Part shown: piece after piece, positions 25,878 to 26,408 of the stretch
Layout of the letters: the number at the start of each line of letters is the position of its first letter
Position numbering within the stretch: the stretch's first letter is position 1
IMG/VR virus record: IMGVR_UViG_3300011334_000072
Location: 1 to 26,408 of that record
DNA length: 26,408 bases
Reading direction: 5' to 3' (one strand)
Source: a virus
Lineage: Duplodnaviria > Caudoviricetes
Made by a program: the position numbers and the translations under genes
The notes under the pieces: model-generated
The model's input: only the letters and a program-made list of their open reading frames with translations
Told to the model about the DNA's origin: nothing
The model's database searches: none

Positions 25878-25902
25878 GAATGTAAACTAAACAAACAACC
25901 AA

Positions 25903-26172
25903 ATGAAATTAGATTTTAACTTTGACTTTATCGGTCTTGATGACCAAGTTTTTGAGGGTGGTAATGCTGGTAAGATGTTAGCTGGCGCATTAGCCTCCGC
26001 ATCCAAAGGAGATGCACTTAAATTTTGGGATTGGGCAAAGAAATTATTTAAAGGAGAGGTCTTAGATTTAGACAAGTCAGACCAAGAAACTTTAAAAGGA
26101 TTTGTAAAAGATTCAGAGTCATTTACCGTTTTAGCCAAAGCACAATTATTGGAGATTTTTATTAAAGACTAA
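25903..26172 (+). CDS. Hypothetical protein
   Basis: 89-aa ORF with A-rich leader. Confidence 0.7.
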   Translation: MKLDFNFDFIGLDDQVFEGGNAGKMLAGALASASKGDALKFWDWAKKLFKGEVLDLDKSDQETLKGFVKDSESFTVLAKAQLLEIFIKD

Positions 26173-26173
26173 T

Positions 26174-26408
26174 ATGATAGTATTCATCGAGCCAGTTAAG
26201 GGAGTAAGAGAAATTGCAGACCGAGTTGAAATTCGTGTTGTTAATTATGCACTTCAAAATCCTGAGCAAACTTTGTATTTCAAATTGATGAGCCAATTTA
26301 ATCCTATGATTGAAGAAGGCAATTTGATTATCCCTGAGCCTATCGTTGCGCAATGGGGAATCGATGACTCTTTCATTGTTAAATGGGCGCTTGAAACATT
26401 GGGTTTAA
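26174..26408 (+). CDS. Hypothetical tail-fibre-associated protein, truncated by the window end
   Basis: The ATG is 1 nt after the previous stop and the frame is open to the end (MIVFIEPVKG...WGIDDSFIVKWALETLGL). Confidence 0.65.
   Translation, partial: MIVFIEPVKGVREIADRVEIRVVNYALQNPEQTLYFKLMSQFNPMIEEGNLIIPEPIVAQWGIDDSFIVKWALETLGL

Noticed and set aside
25887-26353. Minus-strand ORFs 25887-26138 and 26162-26353
   Set aside because: Antisense to better-supported, coupled + strand ORFs.
1-26408. Stop-codon reassignment, introns or inteins
   Set aside because: The standard code gives dense, full-length ORFs, and terL, capsid and portal cores are uninterrupted.

Overview
This is an AT-rich segment of a tailed dsDNA phage, probably a siphovirus. 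Almost every gene is on the + strand. A-rich starts without Shine-Dalgarno sites and a TAnnTTTG element point to a Bacteroidota host. The gene order is: early/middle accessory genes (atypical C5 DNA methyltransferase, VRR-NUC nuclease, DUF3310, sigma-like factor); a modification cluster (glycosyltransferase, HAD-like fusion, SAM methyltransferase, ParB-N protein, Mom-like adenine-modifying enzyme); small and large terminase; then a rearranged structural block (tail genes, tape measure, protease, scaffold, major capsid, tail tube, portal, neck, S74-chaperone tail fibre, DUF11/DUF5977 adhesin). The most notable observation is a 70-nt tRNA-Gly-like cloverleaf on the minus strand (7051-7120). It overlaps the 3' end of the mom-like gene and has its own candidate promoter. 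It keeps the GlyRS identity elements but has defects expected to block translation, which suggests a dedicated glycyl-donor RNA for DNA hypermodification. Also notable are a dense array of different palindromes at 1165-1391 and a recurring GCTATTTAT motif ahead of late genes. All product calls come from recognising motifs by eye; no database search was run.
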